A stretch of 62,899 nt of DNA, counting the filler, from Octopus bimaculoides (taxonomy: Eukaryota): the NCBI RefSeq assembly GCF_001194135.2. It is 9 parts of 9 records of this genome, joined end to end, with 100 filler letters (N's around TTAATTAATTAA, not from the genome) between each part and the next. Parts side by side here need not be neighbours in the genome. Positions count along the whole stretch, not along the records: positions 14,603 to 27,347 come from NC_069003.1; positions 27,448 to 38,837 come from NC_068999.1; 7 more parts are not named here. The stretch is one strand, 5' to 3'. The stretch's first letter is position 1, and the number at the start of each line of letters is the position of its first letter. Below the pieces are notes generated by a model. It was not told where the DNA came from, made no database searches, and saw nothing but the letters and a program-made list of their open reading frames with translations. This document shows, one piece after another, positions 23,491-35,121 of the stretch. The position numbers were made by a program, and so were the translations under genes.

Positions 23491-24867
23491 CATAGAGTGT
23501 AACCACCACTTATTCTATAATTGTTTGTTTTCATAAGAGATGGGACTCACACTCAACAAAGATAGTTTATTTTAAAAATCCTAGAGTGTATTGCAAACTT
23601 TCGTTCTTGAATTTTTTTGTGTTTTAAACAATGTTTTCACTGTTATTTCTAGTAACACCTGTTGGTTTGTTCGTAGCTTTTAAATATTTAATCTGCTTGC
23701 AAACGTTTTCATGTTTTTCACCGTTTAATGTAGCTAGTTTAATGTTTTGACATGCCGATACCACCCCCACTCCTCTCCCGATGATGAAAGAGGTAGCAAA
23801 CGTGCTGTTTTCTCATTGGCTGAAAATCCTGGAAATTATCAAACTTTGAACATCTGTAACATTTGTGAAAAGTTTTTCTGGAACAAAAGAATAATAAATT
23901 CGGATTCATCGTCAAAAATTACATCTATATGATACATTAAAATTTTTTTTATAACGTTAGTAATAAACAAAGACGAAAACCACAAAAATCNNNNNNNNNN
24001 NNNNNNNNNNNNNNNNNNNNNNNNNNNNNNNNNNNNNNNNNNNNNNNNNNNNNNNNNNNNNNNNNNNNNNNNNNNNNNNNNNNNNNNNNNNNNNNNNNNN
24101 NNNNNNNNNNNNNNNNNNNNNNNNNNNNNNNNNNNNNNNNNGAGCGTGCGTGTGTGTGGGTGTGTGCATGTGTGTTTGTCTTCATGTGTATGAGTAAACT
24201 ATGTCTACATGTATGTATGCATACGTGTGTGTCTGCGTAAAATAAATATTTAAACACGTGTATGTGCTCGTGATTCGTTACATAAATANNNNNNNNNNNN
24301 NNNNNNNNNNNNNNNNNNNNNNNNNNNNNNNNNNNNNNNNNNNNNNNNNNNNNNNNNNNNNNNNNNNNNNNNNNNNNNNNNNNNNNNNNNNNNNNNNNNN
24401 NNNNNNNNNNNNNNNNNNNNNNNNNNNNNNNNNNNNNNNNNNNNNNNNNNNNNNNNNNNNNNNNNNNNNNNNNNNNNNNNNNNNNNNNNNNNNNNNNNNN
24501 NNNNNNNNNNNNNNNNAATTGCTGCCCCTGTGGCAAAATTTGAAACCATTATTATTATTATTATCAAAGCGCTGGCAGAATCGTTAGCACGCCGGGCGAA
24601 ATGCTTAGCTGTATTTCACCCAGCCTACGTTCTGAGTTCAAATTCCGCCAAAGTCGACTTTGCTTTTCATCCCTTTTCGGATCGATAAATTAAATACCNN
24701 NNNNNNNNAAAGTCGACTTTGCTTTTCATCCCTTTTCGGATCGATAAATTAAATACCAGTTGAGTACTGGGCTCGATGCGGTCGACTGTCCTTCTCCCCA
24801 GAAAAACCAGGCCTTGCACCTATAGTAGAAAGGATTATTATTATTATTATTATTATTNNNNNNNNNN

Positions 24868-24899
<32 letters not shown>

Positions 24900-25440
24900 T
24901 TATACCTTCTACAGACTGCTCAAACCTTACTATCATCCTATACCTTGATCCTTGCACCTTACCTCCACACACACACACACACNNNNNNNNNNNNNNNNNN
25001 NNNNNNNNNNNNNNNNNNNNNNNNNNNNNNNNNNNNNNNNNNNNNNNNNNNNNNNNNNNNNNNNNNNNNNNNNNNNNNNNNNNNNNNNNNNNNNNNNNNN
25101 NNNNTTTTGTTGACATGAGAAAGCCTTTGACAGGGCCCTCTGATCCCTTATCTGATCCCTTATCTCATATTTGACTTGCAAAACACAAATAGAAACGGAT
25201 GTGTGCTTAAANNNNNNNNNNNNNNNNNNNNNNNNNNNNNNNNNNNNNNNNNNNNNNNNNNNNNNNNNNNNNNNNNNNNNNNNNNNNNNNNNNNNNNNNN
25301 NNNNNNNNNNNNNNNNNNNNNGAGCGTGCGTGTGTGTGGGTGTGTGCATGTGTGTTTGTCTTCATGTGTATCTAGAGAAGCTATAAAGTGAATTTGTTCA
25401 CCAGATTGCATACAATATTGTATGTTTGTGTGTTTGTGTG

Positions 25441-25472
<32 letters not shown>

Positions 25473-25493
25473 NNNNNNNNNNGTGTTTGTGTG

Positions 25494-25531
<38 letters not shown>

Positions 25532-26241
25532 TATAAATGCTTATGTGTTTGGCATTTTAATGTGAAAAATCCTTTAAGAAAACGTTTCAGTGTTATCAAT
25601 AAACTTATTAACACTAGCTTAGCTAAAGTGTATGCCGTCCGGGGCAGCCCTTCCGTTTGCCACCCCTGGGCTCCACAAAAAATAACAAAAACATATTGCC
25701 TACACCAGACCCAGTAGCGCCACCGCTTCAAAAGTTCCACCTGGAACAGACCGACCCTACCACCCCCACCCACTAACGACGCAAGTGCTCATCAATAATC
25801 TACAACAGAATGGAAGATCATGTTTCATCAGACAATGTTTGTTCAAATAAATGCTTAATCATACGATAGCACTTGATTGTCGAGTTGACATACTTTTGAA
25901 ACCTAAAATCATCATTATTAGTCTCAACTTTTTCTGAAGGCCAGCAAGTTTGTGGGAGGGGTAAAGCAGTTATATCGATCCCAGTGTTGTATAGCTAATG
26001 GAACCTCAGAAGTAGTAATTATCCAGACAACAAGTATAGCGCAAGCTACTCTTCAAGCCAAAGACACCCTGATTACATGACGTTTCCATTGTTGTTAGGG
26101 GATACCATGTTAACTCGGAGGAGATCCGATAGAAATGCGTAGAAAAGCATATACANNNNNNNNNNNNNNNNNNNNNNNNNNNNNNNNNNNNNNNNNNNNN
26201 NNNNNNNNNNNNNNNNNNNNNNNNNNNNNNNNNNNNNNNNN

Positions 26242-26686
26242 TGCATTTTGTGTTCAAGTAGATGTTTATTGATATACATACAATCCTAAAACGTTAAATT
26301 AAATTCTGGAAAATAAATTGTTGTAGAAACGATTATTTATTGTCATTTAGAATTATTNNNNNNNNNNNNNNNNNNNNNNNNNNNNNNNNNNNNNNNNNNN
26401 NNNNNNNNNNNNNNNNNNNNNNNNNNNNNNNNNNNNNNNNNNNNNNNNNNNNNNNNNNNNNNNNNNNNNNNNNNNNNNACATTTCATTTGGAATTGCAAG
26501 ACATCGTATTCGAATTTCATTTTTCAAATCATCCATTGTCACCGGTTTTGCAGCGTAAACCTTATCTTCGAGATGTCTCCATAAAAATAAAAAAAATCCA
26601 TTGGCGTGAGGTCTGGGGAATGTGCAGGAAATTCAATGCTACCTCTCCTCCCANNNNNNNNNNACATCTTTTTGGGACATCCTGTA
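26242..26686 (-). mobile_element. Internally deleted Tc1/mariner-superfamily relic
   Basis: TA-CAGGATGTCCCAAAAAGATG TIR near 26684; GRRGSIEFPAHSPDLTPMDFF..KVY..MDDLKNEIRIRCLAIPNEM, the transposase C-terminal SPDL motif. Confidence 0.75.
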
Positions 26687-26800
26687 TGCAGACAGAAAGA
26701 CAGACAGACAGATAGACAGACATGCATTCATTATCAAATGCACCCATTCGCTCACTGAAATCTGTAATCTAATTCTTATCAACTTTCTTCACCCGTTTAG

Positions 26801-26991
26801 TTTTGATCCTGACATTCCGAAGGCAAAATATCTTGTACAAGGTTCTCAATGAATTTCAAAATCTGCCATTGTTGGATCGTATAGTTTTAGTGTGGAATGA
26901 ATACAATGTTCCTGTAAATAAAACGTTAATTCCAAAGTTACATGTACCAGTNNNNNNNNNNTTAATTCCAAAGTTACATGTACCAGTTTAT
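26801..26991 (+). CDS. EXTL3: EXTL3-like exon 3 (GT64 domain); contains a false 36-nt assembly insertion; gene is 3'-partial
   Basis: cccgtttag|26801, 26991|gtaagt. (V)LILTFRRQNILYKVLNEFQNLPLLDRIVLVWNEYNVPVNKTLIPKLHVPVY aligns to [32 protein letters not shown]. Bases 26926-26951 are repeated at 26962-26987 across a 10-N gap. Confidence 0.85.
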
Positions 26992-27274
26992 GTAAGTATG
27001 TCCTTTTTTTTTTCTTTTTAATTGTTCACTCATTAGACTGTGTCCATGCTGAAGAAATTTTAATCGAATATATCAACATCAGTACTATTTTTTCAAAGCC
27101 CAGTACTTATTCTATCAGTCTCTTTTGCCAAACTGTTAAGTTATGAAAATGTAACATTATACTTAAATGTTATCAGTTGTTCCATTTAGTCATGTCAAAG
27201 ATTATAATCCATGAAATGAATTTTGTAACACATAGTTATATAATTTTTGTTGTAATTTAGTATAAAGAACTCTA

Positions 27275-27347
27275 TCTCTAGTTTCCACATTGATCACCAG
27301 ATAAGGGATCAGAGGGCCCTGTCAAAGGCTTTCTCATGTCAACAAAA
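27275..27347 (-). mobile_element. RTE reverse-transcriptase fragment; 50 nt also present inverted at 25105-25154
   Basis: Restoring one base gives FVDM(E)KAFDRAL*SLIW, the RT FVDxEKAFD motif. Confidence 0.6.
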
Positions 27348-27447
27348 NNNNNNNNNNNNNNNNNNNNNNNNNNNNNNNNNNNNNNNNNNNNTTAATTAAT
27401 TAANNNNNNNNNNNNNNNNNNNNNNNNNNNNNNNNNNNNNNNNNNNN
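27348..27447. other. Artificial spacer 2
   Basis: N44-TTAATTAATTAA-N44. Confidence 0.97.
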
Positions 27448-27829
27448 TCTATAAAGAAATTTTTTAAAATATATACATATTTTATGGATGTAGTGATATC
27501 CAACTGGTTTTCGCTATTCAAATTAGCTTTTGAAGGGACATTGTGAAGTAATCAATTCTTGTGACAAAGGGGTTTCGCCATTTTGAATGCTTGAAAAATA
27601 AGAATAAGTCTAGAGAGTGGACCAAGGGAGTTAACAGGTGACAAGGGGGACAACTAACTCCTCAGTATAATTTTTGAAGTGGTATATTAAGTTTGTATAT
27701 TAAGGTGTGGTCTGTACTTTAGTATGAACAGGTTTTCTTTGTTTAGGCGTTCTTGTAAGGAGATTGAATCTTTGCATTAGTATAATGGAAAGATATGGAA
27801 ATTCGGCGTTTTATTTCTTGCGCATCTGT

Positions 27830-28210
27830 CGATATGTTCGCTCAGGACTATCTGCCTGTATTGAGGAAATCGAATCTGTTCTTTATGCAGCGTGACTCTG
27901 CGTCTCAAAGTGAGGCTCGTTTGGCCTACATTATTGTGGCCATAACCTGAGCAGGTTATCCCGAGTGGTTGTGTCAGATACAATTTTACAGGTCCTTTTA
28001 GCTATATTGAATGCATTAGCTAGAGAGTGAATATGGTGGGACCTGTTTCTCCTGCCAGCCAGCACAGTTGTCTAGTATGTAATAAAATGTGTAAAAGCTT
28101 GGCTGGGCTCAAAAGTCATATAAGGGCATCACGTGGCAACAATCATGAATCATTTCAGTAAGTCTTCTTGGCAATGGCTTTTCTCGTGTAACGAGGATGC
28201 AGCTATTATT
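27830..28210 (+). mobile_element. LINE 3' end with C-terminal C2H2-like finger (RTE-like)
   Basis: CLVCNKMCKSLAGLKSHIRA followed by a short 3'UTR and an ATT/ATGT tail. Confidence 0.55.
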
Positions 28211-28294
28211 ATGCATGTATGTTTGTGCAGATTTGTATGTTTTATGTATGTATTCTCATGCATATAGTTGCATATCTAGACATGCTCATATATA

Positions 28295-28435
28295 TTTAAA
28301 TGATAAACTTCTGGAAAGTTTTACAGATTTTTACAGTTCCAGTGATGGATTGGATCTGAAGTCTTCGAATTAGCTTTCTCCTTTCTGGTTTTGAGAAGCT
28401 TAATTTATCAAGATTGGTATTTAGGCAGTGTGTTA
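28295..28435 (-). mobile_element. 3' end of the same RLE-type retrotransposon
   Basis: Near-identical to 20378-20505. Confidence 0.55.
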
Positions 28436-29312
28436 GTATGTATGTATGTATGTATGTATGTATGTATGTATTATGTATGTATGTAGATAGTCACAAACAA
28501 GAGCATTAACATACAGATTATTGAAATATTTATATCCGCTGTTTAATATTATCAGCAATTATCAGCAGATTATTATTGTTATAAATGACTCCATTCCAAA
28601 GTGATCACAATAAGAGTATGGATGCATCTGTCTGTCTGTATGTGTGTGAGTGAATGCAATAAATATTTGTTTGTGTGTGTGCTTGTATGCATATGTGTGT
28701 ATGCTTCCGCCTGCACACTCGTTCGCGCGCGCACACACATACACTTACACTCAAGCACACACACACACGTGCATAGAGATATACACATTAATTTTTTTTC
28801 TGACCATTTCAGAAATTTATAAACTTCACTTAAACATGTAAAAAAATTTTCATAAAAAACAATCAACAGTAAATGTTGCTGCCACCGCCTCCACCACCAC
28901 CACCGCTTCCACCATCACCGCCTCCACCACCATCGCCTCCACCACCACCGCCTCCACCATCACCACCTCTGCCGACACTGCTGCTGTTGTTGTTGTTGTT
29001 GTTGTTGTTTTCGCTCTTAGAATGTGAAGACCTTGCGGGTGAGAATTGTAAAGTCTGAAACCAATCGTTGTTTGTTTGACTCATGAATAAAATACATACA
29101 CACATACATTGAAAGAAATACATACATATATATACATATGTATATACACAAGCACACATATATTTATGTGTGTGTGTGTATGTGTGCGTGTATGTAAACA
29201 TGTATGTATGCATATATATATACATATAGATATAGATATATAGATATAGATATATATAATAATAAATTCTCGTATATTCCATCTTCCGTCTTTCATCTAC
29301 CATATAGGCATA

Positions 29313-29356
<44 letters not shown>

Positions 29357-30500
29357 CGCACACACTCACAAGTGACACATCTCTAAGTATGTGCGCATGT
29401 ATATGTATCTATATATGTGTGTATATGTATGTATATATGCATGTATGTATGTATGTATGTATGTATGTATGTGTGTGCGTGTATGTATGTGTGTATGGAA
29501 TAGAATGGTTATTTTCGTCCAATCTGTCTGGTCTTTCGTTAGGAAGTTTTCCTACCAAACAATCTCCATCTTTTTTGTGGGTAGCTTCCTTAATTGGAAT
29601 CTATCATTTATTCTGGTGGGGGAAGGAGAAGGCGGAGGAGGTGAGATGGATGGGGGCGGCGGGAGGAGGTCAAGCAGTATCGATTAAAGAATTTAGCGAA
29701 AAAAAAATTTGAAGCAAAGCGAAGAATATTTCTTGGAATAATTTTGGACGGAACCAAAAAGACCAAAAATAAATATGAAAACAGATTTCGGTGGTGAGGC
29801 GGAGGCGTGGGGGTAAAGATAGCGGATAACAAGTTGTTTATTCCGAATAAACGGATTATGTTGGGTGTCGGCAANNNNNNNNNNNNNNNNNNNNNNNNNN
29901 NNNNNNNNNNNNNNNNNNNNNNNNNNNNNNNNNNNNNNNNNNNNNNNNNNNNNNNNNNNNNNNNNNNNNNNNNNNNNNNNNNNNNNNNNNNNGCGGATAA
30001 CAAGTTGTTTATTCCGAATAAACGGATTATGTTGGGTGTCGGCAAGTTATTCGGTGTAAAAGTGTATGTAGGGAAGTAAGTTTGTGTGGTAGCTGTGTTG
30101 AAGTCCCGGAGAATGCGTCACTCACTTCATCACTAGCCACTTTTAGACAACACTAAATTCTGCGTGGAAAATCTGTCTTTGAGATGGACAAGTCCATGTA
30201 GTATACAGGAGCGGCAGCAACAACAACAGCATCAACAACAACAACAGAACATGTATACCACTCAAAACATACACCTCACAACACAACACTACTTCGTACA
30301 ACGTACAACACTACAAAATACATACACCGCACAAAACATACACCACATAAAAAATATACCTCGCAACAGAACACATACACCACACAAAACAATCACCACA
30401 CAACAGAACACATATACCATACAAGACATACGCCACACAACATATACATAACACTGCATAGCATATACACCGTACAACACAACGATCCTTTGTATTGAAG

Positions 30501-30734
30501 AATCTGACTATTTATCCAAGCGGCCAATCGAAATGGCAGCAAAGACACAACAAAGCAATTTCACTGACAGACTTCACAATACCATATTTGGCACCATGTT
30601 TCATGAGGAATACGAAATTGAGATATTTGATCAATGGAATTTTGATTATTGTCGTAATTAAACGTCAGCCAACAGGAGCATGCTGCCATTCCTGGTTCCA
30701 AAGTGAAAACATTGGTAAATATTACAGTGTATTG
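30501..30734 (+). other. Candidate exon of an unidentified gene
   Basis: Strong donor ttg|gtaagt at 30735; 234 nt open in one frame; upstream donor at about 30075; weak acceptor; no recognised homology. Confidence 0.25.
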
Positions 30735-31160
30735 GTAAGTTAATCGTTTTTCTATTGTGTAATTGTCTGAGACAATAAACAAATCGATAGTCATACAACA
30801 ACAACAACAACAGAATCATAGATTTATACCATGTTCTTCGATGCTTGTTATTTCGGAGAGGAGGAGGAGAAAGCGGGAAGAATAAACCAAAATGTTCTGA
30901 CAAAAGAATTCCAAACGATAAACGTTTGTGTCGTTCAGAGATTAAATATATTTGTTGTTTAGGATATTTACCATATCCAGGAATTTGGTCTGCACATCAG
31001 AAGTAGAAGAGTTTGTACCAAACCACAACCCACCACACAACGCAGTATTAGAGTTCCTTGCTCTGTATGTGTGTGTGTGCGTGCGCGCGCGTGTGTACAC
31101 GCTCTTATCGAACAGTGAGATTGAGTGCTCAACGACGTCTTGGAAGATAAATACATTTTA

Positions 31161-31317
31161 TTTGTGAATTAATAAAGCAACCAACGGTTTCATGTTAAAG
31201 AGATCTCTACAGTTATTCAAGCAAACCACTTGGAAATTTTCTCAAGTGGTTCGCTTGAATAATAATGGTGGAGATCTTTTCCACATGAACCCATTTGTTG
31301 CCTTATTAATGCACAAA
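31161..31317. ncRNA. Candidate long hairpin RNA or extended pre-miRNA
   Basis: Inner arms 31213-31232 and 31243-31262 pair at 19 of 20 positions around a 10-nt loop; outer helices extend with bulges to 31161/31317. The structure is certain but transcription is unknown. Confidence 0.4.
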
Positions 31318-31955
31318 TTGTCGTCGTCGTTGGTGGGGGGCAATGTGTCGTAGATCAACGCTGACTATTCTATTCGGAAATCATCCCAGCATGCTCGCAT
31401 GTGGGTTACAAGGGTTGCTCTTGTTCCGCAACAACGATGAACATCTACTTCAAGTGAAGTTAGTTGACGCAGCGGACACGCGACGCCTCTTATAAGCTTT
31501 TCCTTTTTCTTTTTTCGTTTTCACAAGGCTTTGGTCGGCTCGAGACTATAGTAGAATACACTTGCCCAAGGTTCCACGCAGTGGGACTAAACCTGCAACC
31601 ATGTGGTTGGGAAGTAAGCTTCTTACCACACAGCAGTAGAAACAGAACCGTAATGTATAGTTGTTTTTATTTGGGGGGGGGGCTGTGTGGTAAGTAGCTT
31701 GCTTACCAACCACGTGATTCTGGGTTCAGTCCCACTGCGTGGCACCTTGGACAAGTGTCTACTAGTATAGACTGATTTAGCAAAGATGTGATCATAGGCG
31801 TTCAAACCGTGATCATACATCCATCCGCGCTCTACTACCTCTACCACCATTTATTGCAGTCTCTGTATATTCTGGAGTAGATTAATGCAAATTGCAAATT
31901 TCTCTTTTATGTCATTAGGATATGGTTTGAACTAGGTTTAGCTGCTATTTCTTAC

Positions 31956-32063
31956 ATGTTGGTGTGGATGTTCCCTTTTTGTACCTCTGGCTCGAGTCGA
32001 TGTCTGAACAACGGCATGTGAAGAGTGAGGTATATTTGTCGGCGGCGGTTTTAACCTAGCCAT
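31956..32063 (-). other. Candidate first coding exon of an unidentified - strand gene
   Basis: aaatcATGG context at 32063, MARLKPPPTNIPHSSHAVVQTSTRARGTKREHPHQH then GTAAGA; alternative donor after 31985; long 5'UTR-like tract up to about 33450. Confidence 0.25.
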
Positions 32064-34561
32064 GATTTATATCTGAAAATCGGCCAGAAAATCAATACAG
32101 TCTACCAAAGTATCTTTAATATCATAACAAATCCTCAAATAAAATTAGATGTTTCACCGGAAACTGATTGTAGGCCGGAAGTAGATCGTTCAATGCAAAA
32201 GAAAAGAGAGGAAAAAATGAAAAGGAATGAATGGTGCCGATAAATCTGGTCGTTGTTGTTGTTGTTGTTATTGTTGGTGGTGTTGTTTCTGAATATCTTT
32301 CGTTTTATTTATTTATTTTATGCTTTGGTGATCCTTATATTAATATATCATATCTTCCGAAATATTTATTTAAATTTTGTTTTGGCTTATTCATTTTATT
32401 TAATATAAATGGCGTCACTAGGATCCTGACTTAATACTCGCTGCCCGTTTATTTAGTCTACAAAACTTTACATCGATAGAAGAAGAAGAAAATAATAATT
32501 GATAAGAAGAACAACAACTAGATTTCTTCAAACCCAAATCAATCACATAAATACGTTGGTTGTTTACTTTATATTAGATATTTATTCCAGTTTGTGTAGA
32601 AGAGTTGGCAAAGCCATCTGATGAAGGCAGTGATTTCAAACAAGCAGCCGACGTTTATTTCGAGAACAGAGTGCATATATTTGTCGTCTGCCTTATTTTA
32701 TTACAATCTTCGTTCAGTTTTCCAAACAACAAGCAAAACAAAATGAAACTAAAACAAAATCGAGATTCATTTTACGTTTAGAGATCGTTTTTCAGAAAAT
32801 ATTTGTAGTGATTTCGTTGCTGTTTTCGTTCTTGTGGTTGTTGTTGTTGTCTTATAACTAGATTTCTCCTTTTCCGTTCCAAATACTTTCGTTTTGTTTC
32901 ATTGTATGGATGAAATAAAGTGAAAATAAAATATAAAAGAAAGACGATGAAAACTTGATCAAATTTGTGTGAAATCTATAAATATGGTGGGTGGTTCGGG
33001 TCTTTTTATCTTTTTCATATTTTATATTTATTTTTTGATAAAGCAGTTTTCCATTGATGGTTCTAAAGCCCTTAATTTTCTTCATTTTCCCATTCACATC
33101 ACGTTGGTCTGCACAAATCTTTGGATGTGATTTTCTAGTATTTCTTCTTTCTTTCTTTCTTTTGTTTTTAAACTTCCACACTTCGTGTCTGAGTCTATTT
33201 TTGTTTCTTCTCCTTCTCCTCCTCCTTCTATTATTACTACTACTACTACTACTACTACTGTTGCTGTTGTCGCCGCGATGGCACTACTGCTGCTGCTGCT
33301 GCCGCTGCTTCTCTTTCGCCTCTTCGTCTTCAACTATTTCTTCTCCTGCTCCTCCTCCTCTTTTTCCTTTCTTCTTCAAATATCTCCGATTTCGATTTCC
33401 AAAAACAACAATAAAAATCAAAACTGTATACACACACACACACACACACACAGATATATGTATGTAGATAGATAGATACACATACATACATATATGTATA
33501 CACACAAATACATAGAGAGAGAGGGGGGGAGAGGAGGGAGGGGGAGAACCATGACAACATCAACTGCAGCACTAAAGGTTAATAATAAAGATCTTTTCTG
33601 CTATATGCCCAAGGCCTGAAATTTTGAGGGGAGGGTTAAGTCGATCACATTCACCCCTGTGCATAACTGGTACTTATTTCATTGACCCCGAGATATGAAA
33701 AACAAAGTCGACCTCGACGGCTTTTGAACTCAAAACGTAAAGACGGACGAAATGCCGCTAATCGTTTTGTCCGGTGTGCTAACGATTCTGCCAGCTCATA
33801 ACATCATAGTAAGGATTTTTGTTTAAGTATGAGGCCAGCAGTTTTGAGGGGTCGGGATTAACAGATACCATCAACCCCAGTACTTGTCTGGTACTTTCTT
33901 TTATCGGTGCTTTTTGGTTATCTCATCCCCATTAAAAAAATGGGTTACCCCCCCACCCCCACTAAAAAATTGAGTTTGTGGCGACAAGAGATTGGATTCA
34001 AAGAGATCTTGTTGATTCAATACTTCAACACATTGGTGACGTTTGGCCTCCTCAATAGGAATGGCTGTGTGGTAAGTAGTTTGCTTACTAACCACATGGT
34101 TCCGAGTTCAGTCCAACTGCGTGGCACCTTGGACAAGTGTCTTCTACTAGGGCCTCAGGCCGACCAAAGCCTTGTGAGTGTATTTGGTAGACAGAAACTA
34201 AAAGAAGCCCGTCGTATATATGTATATAAGTATGCGTGTGTATATGTTTGTCACCCCAACATCGCTTGACAACCGATGCTGGTGTGTTTACGTCCCCGTA
34301 ACTCAGCGGTTCGGCAGAAGAGACCGATAGAATGTCCATTTATCTGCTCGACAGAATTGTTTGAGTACCGGACAATATATATATATATATATATATATAT
34401 GACGAGCTTCTTTCAGTTTCTGTCAACCAAATTGACTCACAAGGCTTTGGTCGACCCTAGGCTATAGTAGATGACACTTGTCCAAGGTGTCACGCAGTGG
34501 GACTGAAGCCGGAACCATGTGGTTGCTAAGCAAGCTACTTACCACACAGCCACTCCTGCGC

Positions 34562-34624
<63 letters not shown>

Positions 34625-35057
34625 TAAATATTAGGAGAAATATATTTGTATAAATGCTATATTCGACCCTTATCACATGTTGCTTTGACCAATCAGAGAT
34701 CATCAACACCCCACCCCTGCCATAACTTCACTACTATAACAACCATCAACACCACCACCGCCACTGCAATACCACAACAGACATCGATGTCATCTCTAAT
34801 ATCTCTATCCTCATCGTCATCACAATACTCAATCATCATCATCATCATCCCCAGCATCATCATCATCATCATCATCATCATCACTGTGGCAGCCAAAAGA
34901 GATGATAAAAACAAATAGAGAATAAAAAAAAAACCTAAAACATTTTTTTTTATATATATATAAAATTTTATTGACGATAAAATATATTTATATTGAAAAT
35001 TATACTTGAGTATGCACAATTATAATTATATATAAACACACATGCATATACAAACCA

Positions 35058-35121
<64 letters not shown>

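Noticed and set aside
32615-32660. CTGATGAAGGC...GCCGACGTT hammerhead-like string
   Set aside because: GAAA is incomplete and there is no helix I.
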